Shown here: positions 1 through 8,821 of the stretch, piece by piece
How positions within the stretch are numbered: the first letter of the stretch is position 1
Layout: each line of letters starts with the position of its first letter
Assembly: GCA_030535915.1 (NCBI GenBank)
Contig: JAUNQZ010000001.1
Coordinates: 1 to 55,447, forward strand
From: a bacterium
GTDB lineage: Bacteria; Verrucomicrobiota; Kiritimatiellia; RFP12; DVOR01
Reading direction: 5' to 3'
Length of the DNA stretch: 55,447 nucleotides
Translations under genes and position numbers: made by a program
Notes under the pieces: model-generated
Database searches by the model: none
Told to the model about the DNA's origin: nothing
Seen by the model: the letters and a program-made list of their open reading frames with translations, nothing else

Positions 1-2
1 AG

Positions 3-92
3 GCAGGCGGCGTAAAAGATCTGGCACCGCAGGGCAATGCATCGAGAGCCCAGATGGCAGCGATCCTCCAGAGATTCTGCGAAAGCTATTAA
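3..92 (+). CDS. 3' end of a CDS entering from the left edge (tail ...DLAPQGNASRAQMAAILQRFCESY*); tail resembles the end of an SLH / cell-surface-anchor type repeat
   Basis: Frame 3 is open from the window edge to TAA at 90-92 (hand translation). The domain guess rests only on the short RAQ-AAIL-RF motif and is weak. Confidence 0.4.
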   Translation, partial: AGGVKDLAPQGNASRAQMAAILQRFCESY

Positions 93-161
93 TTTCAGGA
101 CAGCGTAAAAAATAAATAACACCTTTCAATTAAAATGCATCTTGAAAGCGTGGTTTAAAAC

Positions 162-190
162 TTGTGCATACGCGCGCGTTTTGCTATAAT
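162..190 (+). promoter_or_regulatory. sigma70-type promoter of htpG: TTGTGC-17 nt-TGcTATAAT
   Basis: TTGTGC at 162-167, a 17-nt spacer, then TATAAT at 185-190 preceded by TGc. This leaves a ~105-nt leader before ATG 302. A CTTGAAA (sigma32-type -35) lies at 141-147. Confidence 0.5.
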
Positions 191-301
191 ATATAAATTC
201 AATTTAAAGGTCTTAGGTTTTAAGCGTAGCAATGATGTTTTTACATCAACTTAAGACAGGTTGTTAAAGTAAAATCATTTATCAAAAGGATGTATTAAAT
301 C

Positions 302-2161
302 ATGGCTAAAACATGTGCATTCAAGGCTGAAATTCGCCAAATGTTGGATTTGGTGATTCATTCGTTGTATTCGAAAAAAGAAATTTTCTTACGCGAATTG
401 ATTTCTAACGCGAGTGATGCGATTGATCGTGCGAAATATTTGGCATTAACCGATAAGAGCATCGCGCCCGAAGCTCCAGAGTGGAAGATTCTTCTTACCG
501 CCGATAGCGAAACACATACCCTCGTAATTGAAGATAATGGTGTGGGTATGAGCGCGGAAGAGATGGAGGATGCCTTAGGGACAATTGCAAAGAGTGGCTC
601 AAAAGCCTTTGCAGAAGCTTTGAAGAAAGGCGAAGAGACCAATATTCCGGAGCTTATTGGTAAGTTTGGTGTTGGTTTTTATGCAGCTTTTATGGTTGCC
701 GATTGCGTGATGGTGGATTCGTTGCGTCGTGGTGAAGGTTCTTCAGCCGTGCGCTGGATGAGCACGGGTGATGGTGAGTACACCATGGACGAAGGTGCGC
801 GTACGACACCGGGTACAACGATTTCGTTGCATTTACGTGAAGGAATGGATGACTACACCTCGGGTTGGACCTTACGTGACCTTGTGCGTCGTTATTCGGA
901 TTTCATCGCTTATCCGATCCATTTGGTTGAGGTTGGCAAAAAGGAAGAAGCTAAACAACCCGATGAAGACAAGCCGCTCAACACGATGGTTGCGCTTTGG
1001 AAGCGCGCGAAGTCGGATGTAAAACCAGAAGAATACGAAGCCTTTTATCGTCAGACATTACATGGTGCAGGTGAACCGATGCGTTCGTTGCACATTGTGA
1101 CGGAAGGCACATTGGAATATCGCGCGTTGATTTTCATCCCGAAGAGTGTGGGAATGGAAATGATGATGCCTGGGAAAAAGCATGGGCTCTCGCTCTATGT
1201 GCGTAATGTTTTCATTGGCGATGAAGTGGAAGAACTCGTTCCGTCGTGGTTGCGTTTCATCAAGGGTGTGGTGGATTCTTCTGATTTACCGCTCAATGTT
1301 TCGCGTGAGATGTTGCAAGACGATGCAATCATTCGTAAGATTCGCAATGATGTAACCAATCGCGTGTTGAAGGCGCTTGCTGAAATGGCAAAGGAAAAGC
1401 CAGAGGATTATGTGACCTTCACCGCGGCATTGGGTGATTTCTTAAAGGAAGGTTATCACAGCGACTGGGAACATCGTGAAAAGTTACAGGAACTCCTTCG
1501 TTTCCGAAACCTCAAGGATGAAGCCTATACATCGTTGAAGGCTTATAAGGAAGCAATGCCCGAAGGTCAAAAGGCGATTTACATGCTTACTGCAGATACC
1601 TTGCAGGCAGCGAAGCATAGTCCCTGTTTGGAAGCATTGAAGGCGAAGGGGTATGATGTACTCTTCTTGACAACCCCTGTGGATCAATTCATCGCTACGG
1701 AATTTTACGAATACGACAAGACGCCAATTGTCTTTGCCGATAAGGGTGATTTGAAGCTTGAGGATGACGAAGCTGCAGCAAAGGAAAAGCAAGAAGCCGC
1801 AGAAAAGGAATACAAAGCCTTAACCGAGAGCATCACAAAGCAATTGGAAGCAACGGTGCGTGAAGTGCGTGTATCGACGCGTTTGACGGACTCGGCTTGT
1901 TGTTTGGTTCAAGACCCTCAAGCGCTCAATCCAGCGATGCGTCGCATGATGGAAGCTATGGGTCAGAGTGTGCCAGAAGAGAAGCGTATTCTCGAAATTA
2001 ACCCCACGCATCCATTGATTCAGACGTTGGCGCAAACCACCGATGAAACCAAGCGTGCCGACACGATTGATTTGCTCTATGGTCAAGCATGCCTTGCAGA
2101 AGGGTCCCTCCCGCCAGATCCCGTTCGCTTCAATGCGCTTGTTGCGGCATTGATGCAATAA
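302..2161 (+). CDS. htpG: molecular chaperone HtpG (Hsp90 family)
   Basis: 619-aa ORF with the N-terminal GHKL ATPase motif ELISNASDAIDRAKY and full-length HtpG-like organisation. Confidence 0.95.
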   Translation: MAKTCAFKAEIRQMLDLVIHSLYSKKEIFLRELISNASDAIDRAKYLALTDKSIAPEAPEWKILLTADSETHTLVIEDNGVGMSAEEMEDALGTIAKSGSKAFAEALKKGEETNIPELIGKFGVGFYAAFMVADCVMVDSLRRGEGSSAVRWMSTGDGEYTMDEGARTTPGTTISLHLREGMDDYTSGWTLRDLVRRYSDFIAYPIHLVEVGKKEEAKQPDEDKPLNTMVALWKRAKSDVKPEEYEAFYRQTLHGAGEPMRSLHIVTEGTLEYRALIFIPKSVGMEMMMPGKKHGLSLYVRNVFIGDEVEELVPSWLRFIKGVVDSSDLPLNVSREMLQDDAIIRKIRNDVTNRVLKALAEMAKEKPEDYVTFTAALGDFLKEGYHSDWEHREKLQELLRFRNLKDEAYTSLKAYKEAMPEGQKAIYMLTADTLQAAKHSPCLEALKAKGYDVLFLTTPVDQFIATEFYEYDKTPIVFADKGDLKLEDDEAAAKEKQEAAEKEYKALTESITKQLEATVREVRVSTRLTDSACCLVQDPQALNPAMRRMMEAMGQSVPEEKRILEINPTHPLIQTLAQTTDETKRADTIDLLYGQACLAEGSLPPDPVRFNALVAALMQ

Positions 2162-2216
2162 GTAAAGGCTTTTTGAATACGCCGAGGTCATCTAATGGCT
2201 CGGCGGAAAGGTGATT

Positions 2217-3707
2217 ATGGCTTACGAAGTACTTGCTCGTAAATGGCGCCCGAGGACATTTGATGATGTCGTTGGGCAAGACCATGTTACGCGCACACTT
2301 GCACATGCGATTGAACAAGACCGCATTGCACATGCATATCTTTTCATTGGTCCGCGTGGCATTGGTAAGACGACGCTGTCGCGTATCTTTGCAATGGCGC
2401 TCAATTGTGAAAAGGGGCCAACGATGCAACCATGCGGTGAGTGTGAGAGCTGTAAAGGCGTCACACAAGGTGCCGATATGGATGTGATTGAGCTCGACGC
2501 TGCCTCCAATAACAAAGTGGAAGACATCCACAATGTTATTGATCAAGTCCAATTTGCACCTACGCATAGTCGCTTTAAGATTTTCATCCTCGACGAAGTG
2601 CACATGCTCACGCCGGCGGCTTTCAATGCGTTGTTGAAGACCCTAGAAGAACCCCCACCCCATGTAAAGTTTATCTTTGCTACGACCGAGGGTGACAAAG
2701 TTTTACCAACGATTATTAGCCGTTGTCAGCGCTTTGATTTGCGTCGTATTTCGATTGGTGATATTATGCGTCGGTTGCGCTTCATCTGCAATGCCGAGCA
2801 AATTACGATTACCGATGATGCACTTCTTGCGATTGCGCGTGGGTCGAAGGGTGGATTGCGCGATGCGCTCTCAGCCCTAGATCAACTCATTGCCTTTAAG
2901 GGTACAACACTTGAAGAAGCCGATGTTTTGGCTGTCTTTGGTTTGATTTCGCGTGGTGCATTAGAAACACTTGCGATGAACATCATTAAGGGCGATGTTG
3001 CTGAAATTCTTAAAGCCGTGGATGCATTGGATGCCACCGGTAAAGATATGCGTCGCTTTACAACGGAACTCTTAGGGCATTTCCGCAATCTCCTCGTGTA
3101 TCAACAAGCCGGCGCAGAGCTCGCGCAACAAGATGTAACAGCAGATCAAATTGAGGTTTTAGCCGATCAAGCACGAATGATTGATGCTCGTCGTATTGCA
3201 GAAATTGCAACGATGCTCTCTGAGATGGAAACTAAGTTACGCTCCTCCCTCTCTGTGCGAACCCTTGTTGAAATGACATTGATTCGTTGTGCTCGTGCAG
3301 CAAAAGCGGTTTCGTTGGATGAAGTCATTCGTCGGTTGAATGACTTGCGGACACAAACGATACAACGTTTGGCGGCTGTCGCTCCTTCGCGTTCGACAGC
3401 CGCCGAAGCGGCGACATCGATGAGCGCCGCACCCCAGGTGGTGACTCCGCCCCCACCTCCCCCCTCCCCGCCCCCAGCGTCTCTGGAAATTTTTCCTCTC
3501 GCCCATGACGAACCCCTTGATTCGATCGATGAAGAAGGTTTTGATCCCGAGGAAAGTCTTCGACCCGTGGCTGCACCTAAGACCGAGATGCGCACGATTA
3601 AAATTGAGACGCTGAAACAATCTAATGGTCAATATGTGGATGAAATTCTCAATGTTGCTGTCGAAATATTTAATGGCGCCATTGTTTCCATCCAAGAAAA
3701 ACAGTAA
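2217..3707 (+). CDS. dnaX: DNA polymerase III subunit gamma/tau
   Basis: The ORF-track start is GTG 2211. ATG 2217 follows a ggaaagg SD and gives the canonical MAYEVLARKWRP N-terminus. Walker A GPRGIGKTT and Zn module CGECESCK are present, followed by a Pro-rich linker. Confidence 0.93.
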   Translation: MAYEVLARKWRPRTFDDVVGQDHVTRTLAHAIEQDRIAHAYLFIGPRGIGKTTLSRIFAMALNCEKGPTMQPCGECESCKGVTQGADMDVIELDAASNNKVEDIHNVIDQVQFAPTHSRFKIFILDEVHMLTPAAFNALLKTLEEPPPHVKFIFATTEGDKVLPTIISRCQRFDLRRISIGDIMRRLRFICNAEQITITDDALLAIARGSKGGLRDALSALDQLIAFKGTTLEEADVLAVFGLISRGALETLAMNIIKGDVAEILKAVDALDATGKDMRRFTTELLGHFRNLLVYQQAGAELAQQDVTADQIEVLADQARMIDARRIAEIATMLSEMETKLRSSLSVRTLVEMTLIRCARAAKAVSLDEVIRRLNDLRTQTIQRLAAVAPSRSTAAEAATSMSAAPQVVTPPPPPPSPPPASLEIFPLAHDEPLDSIDEEGFDPEESLRPVAAPKTEMRTIKIETLKQSNGQYVDEILNVAVEIFNGAIVSIQEKQ

Positions 3708-3739
3708 TTCAACAATTACTCCTTGAAAGGAGCCTCATT

Positions 3740-4051
3740 ATGGGTATGTTTGATCAAATTAAAGAAGCAATGGCAATGCGCAAAGAAAGCAAGCGCATTC
3801 AAGCCGAAATCTCCAAAATTTCCTATACGCACCAAAATGCAGGAATTTCCGTCACGATGTCTGGCGATTTCACAGTGACCGCCTTTAAGGTTACAGAAGA
3901 AGCGCTTGAAGAAGTTAAAGCCGGAAATACGGCACGTTTCGAAACGATGACAAAAACTGTTCTCAACGCAGCAATTAATCGTATCAAGCAAGAGAGCCAG
4001 CAAGTCATGCAGCGCATGATGAAAGATGGAGATGGACCCTTTAGCAAGTAG
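3740..4051 (+). CDS. ybaB: YbaB/EbfC family nucleoid-associated protein
   Basis: 103-aa ORF with an aaggag SD, sitting between dnaX and recR as in the conserved dnaX-ybaB-recR cluster. Size and helical pattern fit the family. Confidence 0.75.
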   Translation: MGMFDQIKEAMAMRKESKRIQAEISKISYTHQNAGISVTMSGDFTVTAFKVTEEALEEVKAGNTARFETMTKTVLNAAINRIKQESQQVMQRMMKDGDGPFSK

Positions 4052-4072
4052 TAAAGGCATACTTAAACGTCT

Positions 4073-4699
4073 ATGATTCCTGAGCTTAACAATCTCATTC
4101 ATGCACTTTCACAGCTCCCCGGCTTTGGTCGGAGGAGTAGTGAACGCGCCGCGCTAGCACTTGTTCGTCGTCCTGAGACGTTGCTGGACAATCTTGTGAG
4201 AGCCTTGCAAGAAGCCCGAGAGGAAATCTGTTTATGTTCTTACTGCGGAGGGTTCACCACGCATGATCAGGATCCGTGTAGCCTTTGTACGCGGAGTGAT
4301 CGTGAGGAAGGTGTGCTTTGCGTGGTTGAAGATTCTGCAGATATTCAAATGATTGAGAACTCGGGGGCATTTCGTGGGCGCTATCATGCGTTAATGGGGA
4401 AGCTTTCGCCAAATCGTCAGACGGGTGTGGGAGAATTGCGCGTGACCGCCCTCCTTCATCGCGTTCGTCAAGGCAGCATCCATGAAATCTTGCTTGCACT
4501 TTCGACTGACTTAGAAGGAGATGCGACGGCGAGTTACATTGCTGAGCGACTCAAAGGCACGGGTGTAAAAATTACACGTCTTGCCTTTGGTCTACCCTGT
4601 GGGTCAGGCATTGCTTATGCCGATCCCCTCACCCTACGGCGTGCTGTTTCAGGACGTTTCCGTTATGACGAGGAGACATTTCTCGAGGAGTCCAAATGA
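4073..4699 (+). CDS. recR: recombination protein RecR
   Basis: 208 aa with the Cys4 zinc finger CSYCGGFTTHDQDPCSLC and a Toprim-like C-terminal half. Synteny is conserved. Confidence 0.92.
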   Translation: MIPELNNLIHALSQLPGFGRRSSERAALALVRRPETLLDNLVRALQEAREEICLCSYCGGFTTHDQDPCSLCTRSDREEGVLCVVEDSADIQMIENSGAFRGRYHALMGKLSPNRQTGVGELRVTALLHRVRQGSIHEILLALSTDLEGDATASYIAERLKGTGVKITRLAFGLPCGSGIAYADPLTLRRAVSGRFRYDEETFLEESK

Positions 4700-5745
4700 C
4701 ACCTGCATATTCACTTTTACCCACCGATTGGACAGCTGTTTGTAAAACTTTAGGTTTGCCAGCGTTCCGCGCGAAACAAATCCTACAAGGACTTTACAAA
4801 GATTGCATTTCTTCTTGGGAGGCATTGACAACCTTACCAGGAACGATTCGCGAACAACTCGCTATTGAGTATCCGCTCACCGCCCTTAAAGAAGTTACGC
4901 GAACGCCGTCCGGTATTGATGGCGTGACAAAGTTTCTCCTTGAAGCACAAGATGGTGAACGCATTGAAACGGTTTGGATTCCTGCAGATGGTCGTGTAAC
5001 GCAGTGTATTTCCTCGCAAGTCGGTTGCAATATGCATTGTGCGTTTTGTGCGAGTGGACAATTAGGGTGTGTACGATCGTTGACAGCCGATGAAATTGTT
5101 TCACAGGTGATGGTGCTCTCGAAAGCCATGGGGACCTATCCCAACAACATTGTTGTAATGGGCATGGGCGAACCCTTTATGAATTACGACAATGTTTTGC
5201 GTGCCCTACGCATTCTCAACGCGCAGCAAGGTCCTAATATCGGTGCTCGTCATATCACAATTTCAACCTGCGGAATTGTACCTGGGATTGAAAAGCTCGC
5301 ACAAGAAGGGGTGCAATTTGAACTCTCCGTATCATTGCATGCCCCCAATGATGAAATTCGCAACAAACTCATGCCCGTCAATAAGCGTTGGCATATTCAG
5401 GAGCTTCTTGTTGCATGTGATGCCTACACCGCTCAAACCGGCCGTATCATCACCTATGAATATACGCTCGTGCATCACTTGAATGATCGGCGTCAACATG
5501 CTGATATGCTCATTCAATTATTGCGTAAACGTAAAGCTCGTGTCAACTTAATTCCGCTAAGTCCAGTTGAAGAATTTGAAGGGAAGACGCCGCCGCATGC
5601 GGATTGTTTAGCCTTCCTCGATGCACTTCTCAAGGCTGGCATTCACACCACTATGCGTAGAAGTCGTGGCAAACAGGCAGACGCGGCTTGTGGTCAACTT
5701 CGTCTTCGTAAAATCAAAGAGGCTAATCATGGAACAAAAGAATAA
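4696..5745 (+). CDS. rlmN: 23S rRNA/tRNA m2A methyltransferase RlmN (radical SAM)
   Basis: Radical-SAM motif CNMHCAFCASG, 349 aa. It overlaps the recR stop in an ATGA arrangement. Confidence 0.9.
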   Translation: MTPAYSLLPTDWTAVCKTLGLPAFRAKQILQGLYKDCISSWEALTTLPGTIREQLAIEYPLTALKEVTRTPSGIDGVTKFLLEAQDGERIETVWIPADGRVTQCISSQVGCNMHCAFCASGQLGCVRSLTADEIVSQVMVLSKAMGTYPNNIVVMGMGEPFMNYDNVLRALRILNAQQGPNIGARHITISTCGIVPGIEKLAQEGVQFELSVSLHAPNDEIRNKLMPVNKRWHIQELLVACDAYTAQTGRIITYEYTLVHHLNDRRQHADMLIQLLRKRKARVNLIPLSPVEEFEGKTPPHADCLAFLDALLKAGIHTTMRRSRGKQADAACGQLRLRKIKEANHGTKE

Positions 5746-6277
5746 TAACACTACCCTTCTCATTATTGTCATTGCCGTTATTATCATCATTGGCATGATT
5801 TTAGGGCTTATCTTTTGGATGATGAGTCGTCAGCTTGAATTAAATGAGAAATTGCTCGATGTACGCCTTGCGGAAGCCCAATCTCAAACACAAGCCGTAA
5901 CAACGCAACCCATCACAATAGCTCCGCCCGTACAGCCACAAATTCAACCTGTGATGATTCAAGTACCACAACAAGTGAAGCCTCAAGATCCCCCAACGAC
6001 GCAGGTTGTCCAACCCGCACCTCAAGCACAACCACAAACAACGGTTGACAAACCCAAAGAAAAATCTCAGCCGGTTGCAAAGACACAACCTCCCAAAACA
6101 CCATCCAAAACGCCCTCTCGTCCTACCGAAAAGCAATCTAAACCAAAAGACGAAAAAGTAACAAAGCAGCGTATTGCTCCCATTGAAAAAGCGAATGCGC
6201 CAGAAGGTCCTGATGGTTTACCGCTCGACCGTATTAATGTTGAAGTTGGTAATGATAGTTTAGAATGGCAACTTTAA
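5729..6277 (+). CDS. single-pass membrane protein with Pro/Gln/Lys-rich extracytoplasmic region
   Basis: ATG 5729 is preceded by an agagg SD. The sequence MEQKNNNTTLLIIVIAVIIIIGMILGLIFWMM forms the TM segment, followed by PQ-rich low complexity. The ORF-track start at 5621 lies inside rlmN and is rejected. Confidence 0.6.
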   Translation: MEQKNNNTTLLIIVIAVIIIIGMILGLIFWMMSRQLELNEKLLDVRLAEAQSQTQAVTTQPITIAPPVQPQIQPVMIQVPQQVKPQDPPTTQVVQPAPQAQPQTTVDKPKEKSQPVAKTQPPKTPSKTPSRPTEKQSKPKDEKVTKQRIAPIEKANAPEGPDGLPLDRINVEVGNDSLEWQL

Positions 6278-6316
6278 ACCTTTTAGATTAAAAGATTAGT
6301 CTTAAAGAGAGACGCT

Positions 6317-6988
6317 ATGAAAACGCTTCTTTTTGTCCTAAAACTCAGTTTTATCGAGTTTAAAGCCGCACCTTTGAAGCATATTTTTGCAACACTTTTC
6401 TTTTTCCTTGGCGCAATGACAGGGTTATTCACGGGTGTTGCAACCATTGCTTACATGTGGTTTCTCTCGCGCCCTATCTCCACAAAAACAAAACAGCCTC
6501 ATTTTACGCCATTTGTGAACACGCGCCAACAACGATTATTAAGTGTAATGCAATTCTCGCAACACCTCGCAGGGAAAAATCGCATTGTTAGCTTAAGTAT
6601 TTATGGCTTTACGCTTTGGATTTTTATTTTTATCACAGCCTTTGGCTTCAATGCATGTTTCTTTGGAACACCCCTTTACTGGTATTTTTGTCAGCCGATT
6701 TTCCTTATGATGATGATAGCAGACGCTTATGATGTTGATATAAAAATTGCTACGAAAGCGACCTATCATCTTTGTCGCATTGCTCCAATGACCATTGCCT
6801 TTCTTGTCTTACTCAACTTCACCTCTTTCATGGGAATTTGGTTTAGTTATATTCCTTTAGGAGGTTTTGAACGCTATTTCAGCCTTCTTATTCTTATAAC
6901 CTTGCCCATTTTATTAAGAGCTTCTCTTGCTTATTTCCATCAATCGGCATCTCTTTTAAATAGTGCCATTCAAAAGGCTTACGACTAA
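6317..6988 (+). CDS. polytopic membrane protein, unknown function
   Basis: 223-aa ORF with 5-6 hydrophobic segments. Its stop overlaps the next start (TAATG). Confidence 0.55.
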   Translation: MKTLLFVLKLSFIEFKAAPLKHIFATLFFFLGAMTGLFTGVATIAYMWFLSRPISTKTKQPHFTPFVNTRQQRLLSVMQFSQHLAGKNRIVSLSIYGFTLWIFIFITAFGFNACFFGTPLYWYFCQPIFLMMMIADAYDVDIKIATKATYHLCRIAPMTIAFLVLLNFTSFMGIWFSYIPLGGFERYFSLLILITLPILLRASLAYFHQSASLLNSAIQKAYD

Positions 6989-7530
6989 TGCCTAATCAAA
7001 AGATTTTTCTCACTGCGAATGACTTCCAGGATGATTGTATTCGTCTTGCTCGTCAAGTTTACGAGGACAAAACTTGGCAACCCGACTTAATCCTTGCTTT
7101 GTGGCGAGGGGGTGCGCAGCCAGGTGTTATCATGAGCGAAGTCTTTTCTCTCCTAGGACCAGCAGTCCCACATACGATTATCAAATGTGCTTCATACGCA
7201 GGGATTGGAGAACAGTCGGAGGTTCTTTTCTTTGGTGCAGATGCAATTCTTGATAACATTCAACCAAAACAACGCGTACTCGTTGTCGATGATGTTTTTG
7301 ATACAGGTCGTACGGCGGCAGCCGTACGACAAAGACTTCCTCAAGCAGATTTAAAATTCGCGATGGTTTATTGGAAACCCGAGGCTTCAAAAGTTGACTT
7401 CGCGCCAAATTATTACATTCATGAATGTAATCAATGGATTGTTTTTCCTCATGAATTAAAAGGTCTCACGCGCGATGAACTAATGGAAAAGTCCCCCCAC
7501 CTCTACGCGCTCCTCTATCCCGAAGGATAA
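6988..7530 (+). CDS. phosphoribosyltransferase, Gpt/XGPRT-like
   Basis: PRPP-binding motif VLVVDDVFDTGRTAAAV. The overall layout and the C-terminal WIVFPHE resemble E. coli Gpt (WIEQPWD). Confidence 0.65.
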   Translation: MPNQKIFLTANDFQDDCIRLARQVYEDKTWQPDLILALWRGGAQPGVIMSEVFSLLGPAVPHTIIKCASYAGIGEQSEVLFFGADAILDNIQPKQRVLVVDDVFDTGRTAAAVRQRLPQADLKFAMVYWKPEASKVDFAPNYYIHECNQWIVFPHELKGLTRDELMEKSPHLYALLYPEG

Positions 7531-7552
7531 TTTTTAACACCTAAAAAGCAAA

Positions 7553-7575
7553 ATGCTACCGAATGGTAGCGTCTT
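7553..7575. terminator. weak hairpin between convergent genes
   Basis: The hairpin is atgctacc-gaat-ggtagcgt (6-8 bp stem). The U-tract is poor. Confidence 0.3.
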
Positions 7576-7581
7576 AAAATA

Positions 7582-8814
7582 TTATTGTAACCATGCTTGA
7601 AGTGCTTTTGCACAATCAAGAAATGTGGTTACATCAAAAGGCAAGTCCGTCGCCATTGCAACAGGCGCATCAATACGACCATGGGTACCACGGATTCGCT
7701 CTGCCCGCGTTGAGGAAGAAAAGGGCGTTCGACCAAAGAAAAGTTCGCAAGGATCAAACCCCGGTTTATTGTGAATATCTACATGCGTTGCATAATCTGG
7801 AGCTTCAACCGTTGTTTCCCACCATGGATATGCAAACCAACACCCTGCTTTCGCAGTAACTTCAAAATCAGCATCCCCCATGCCATCTTCAATTGTATCA
7901 ATCATAACATCTGTAGCAAGAAGTGCGCGAACGTCTTCTCGACACGTAGGATCAATACAATAGATAAGCGCCGTTTGATGATCACATAAAGCAAAGGCGC
8001 GTGATTGATAAAAATCGGGGTAAAGCATTTTCTTCACCTTACGCGTTTTAAAATAACCATGTTTATGAAGCAAACGATTGGGATAGGACACACCCATAGG
8101 TTGTACATCCGTTATCGCATAATCCCCAAGAATAAGAAGTTTATATTCGTATTGACGAGCTACCGCACATAGCGTTTCAATCTGTTTTACACATCGCTGT
8201 ACGCTTTGGGAGACCTTTTTATGCGAAGTGCCATACCGTTGAAGTTCATAATCAAGCGTTGGAAGATAAACAAACAAAAGCTCTGGAGCATCTCCACGTT
8301 GAATGCGATGAGCTATTGTTTTGACAATATCATCTCCTACTTTTGGAGATGCAAGAGGTCCCCAATATCGCCAAAGAGCAAGCGGATTTTCACAATCTAA
8401 AAGTCCTCTAGGCTGTTGATAAGTCGCCATAATCATTCCGCCACCATGCGTATGAATAGGGGCAGGAGAAACAATTTCATCAACCTTTTCCCCTAAAGAT
8501 TGCTGAAAAAAGTAAAGACCTACGCGTCCCCCTCGTTCACGAAAAGATTCCCAAATACGCGGACCATATATAAGATTAGCAGATTGACACCAAAATTGAG
8601 ATTGATACGTTTCTCGAAAGAATTTTCCATTAGCAATAATACCATGCGCGTCCACAGACAACGCTGTACGAAGCGTTGCTTGCGCAACACAAGTCACTGC
8701 AGGCTTTACTGCAATTAATGACGAAAGAGGCAACCCCGCAAGTGAGGTCACCCCTTCCTTTTGTAAAAGTTCATAACCAAGAGCTGCAACATCAAGAATG
8801 AGAATTTTTTTCAT
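7582..8814 (-). CDS. alkaline-phosphatase superfamily protein (type I phosphodiesterase / nucleotide pyrophosphatase-like)
   Basis: ILILDVAALGYELL plus PAVTCVAQATLRTALSVDAHGIIANG match the NPP-family metal-ligand and nucleophile-Thr context (P-x-x-T...HGI-x-N). 410 aa. Confidence 0.65.
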   Translation of the reverse strand: MKKILILDVAALGYELLQKEGVTSLAGLPLSSLIAVKPAVTCVAQATLRTALSVDAHGIIANGKFFRETYQSQFWCQSANLIYGPRIWESFRERGGRVGLYFFQQSLGEKVDEIVSPAPIHTHGGGMIMATYQQPRGLLDCENPLALWRYWGPLASPKVGDDIVKTIAHRIQRGDAPELLFVYLPTLDYELQRYGTSHKKVSQSVQRCVKQIETLCAVARQYEYKLLILGDYAITDVQPMGVSYPNRLLHKHGYFKTRKVKKMLYPDFYQSRAFALCDHQTALIYCIDPTCREDVRALLATDVMIDTIEDGMGDADFEVTAKAGCWFAYPWWETTVEAPDYATHVDIHNKPGFDPCELFFGRTPFSSSTRAERIRGTHGRIDAPVAMATDLPFDVTTFLDCAKALQAWLQ

Positions 8815-8821
8815 AAGAGAC

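Noticed and set aside
2217-3707. Programmed -1 frameshift site for a gamma form of DnaX
   Set aside because: By eye I found no A-AAA-AAG-type slippery heptamer or downstream hairpin. Only the C-rich poly-Pro tract is present, and I have no evidence that it causes frameshifting.
5621-5728. Longer start for the PQ-rich protein at 5621
   Set aside because: It lies entirely within rlmN in another frame. ATG 5729 has an agagg SD and begins right before the TM helix.
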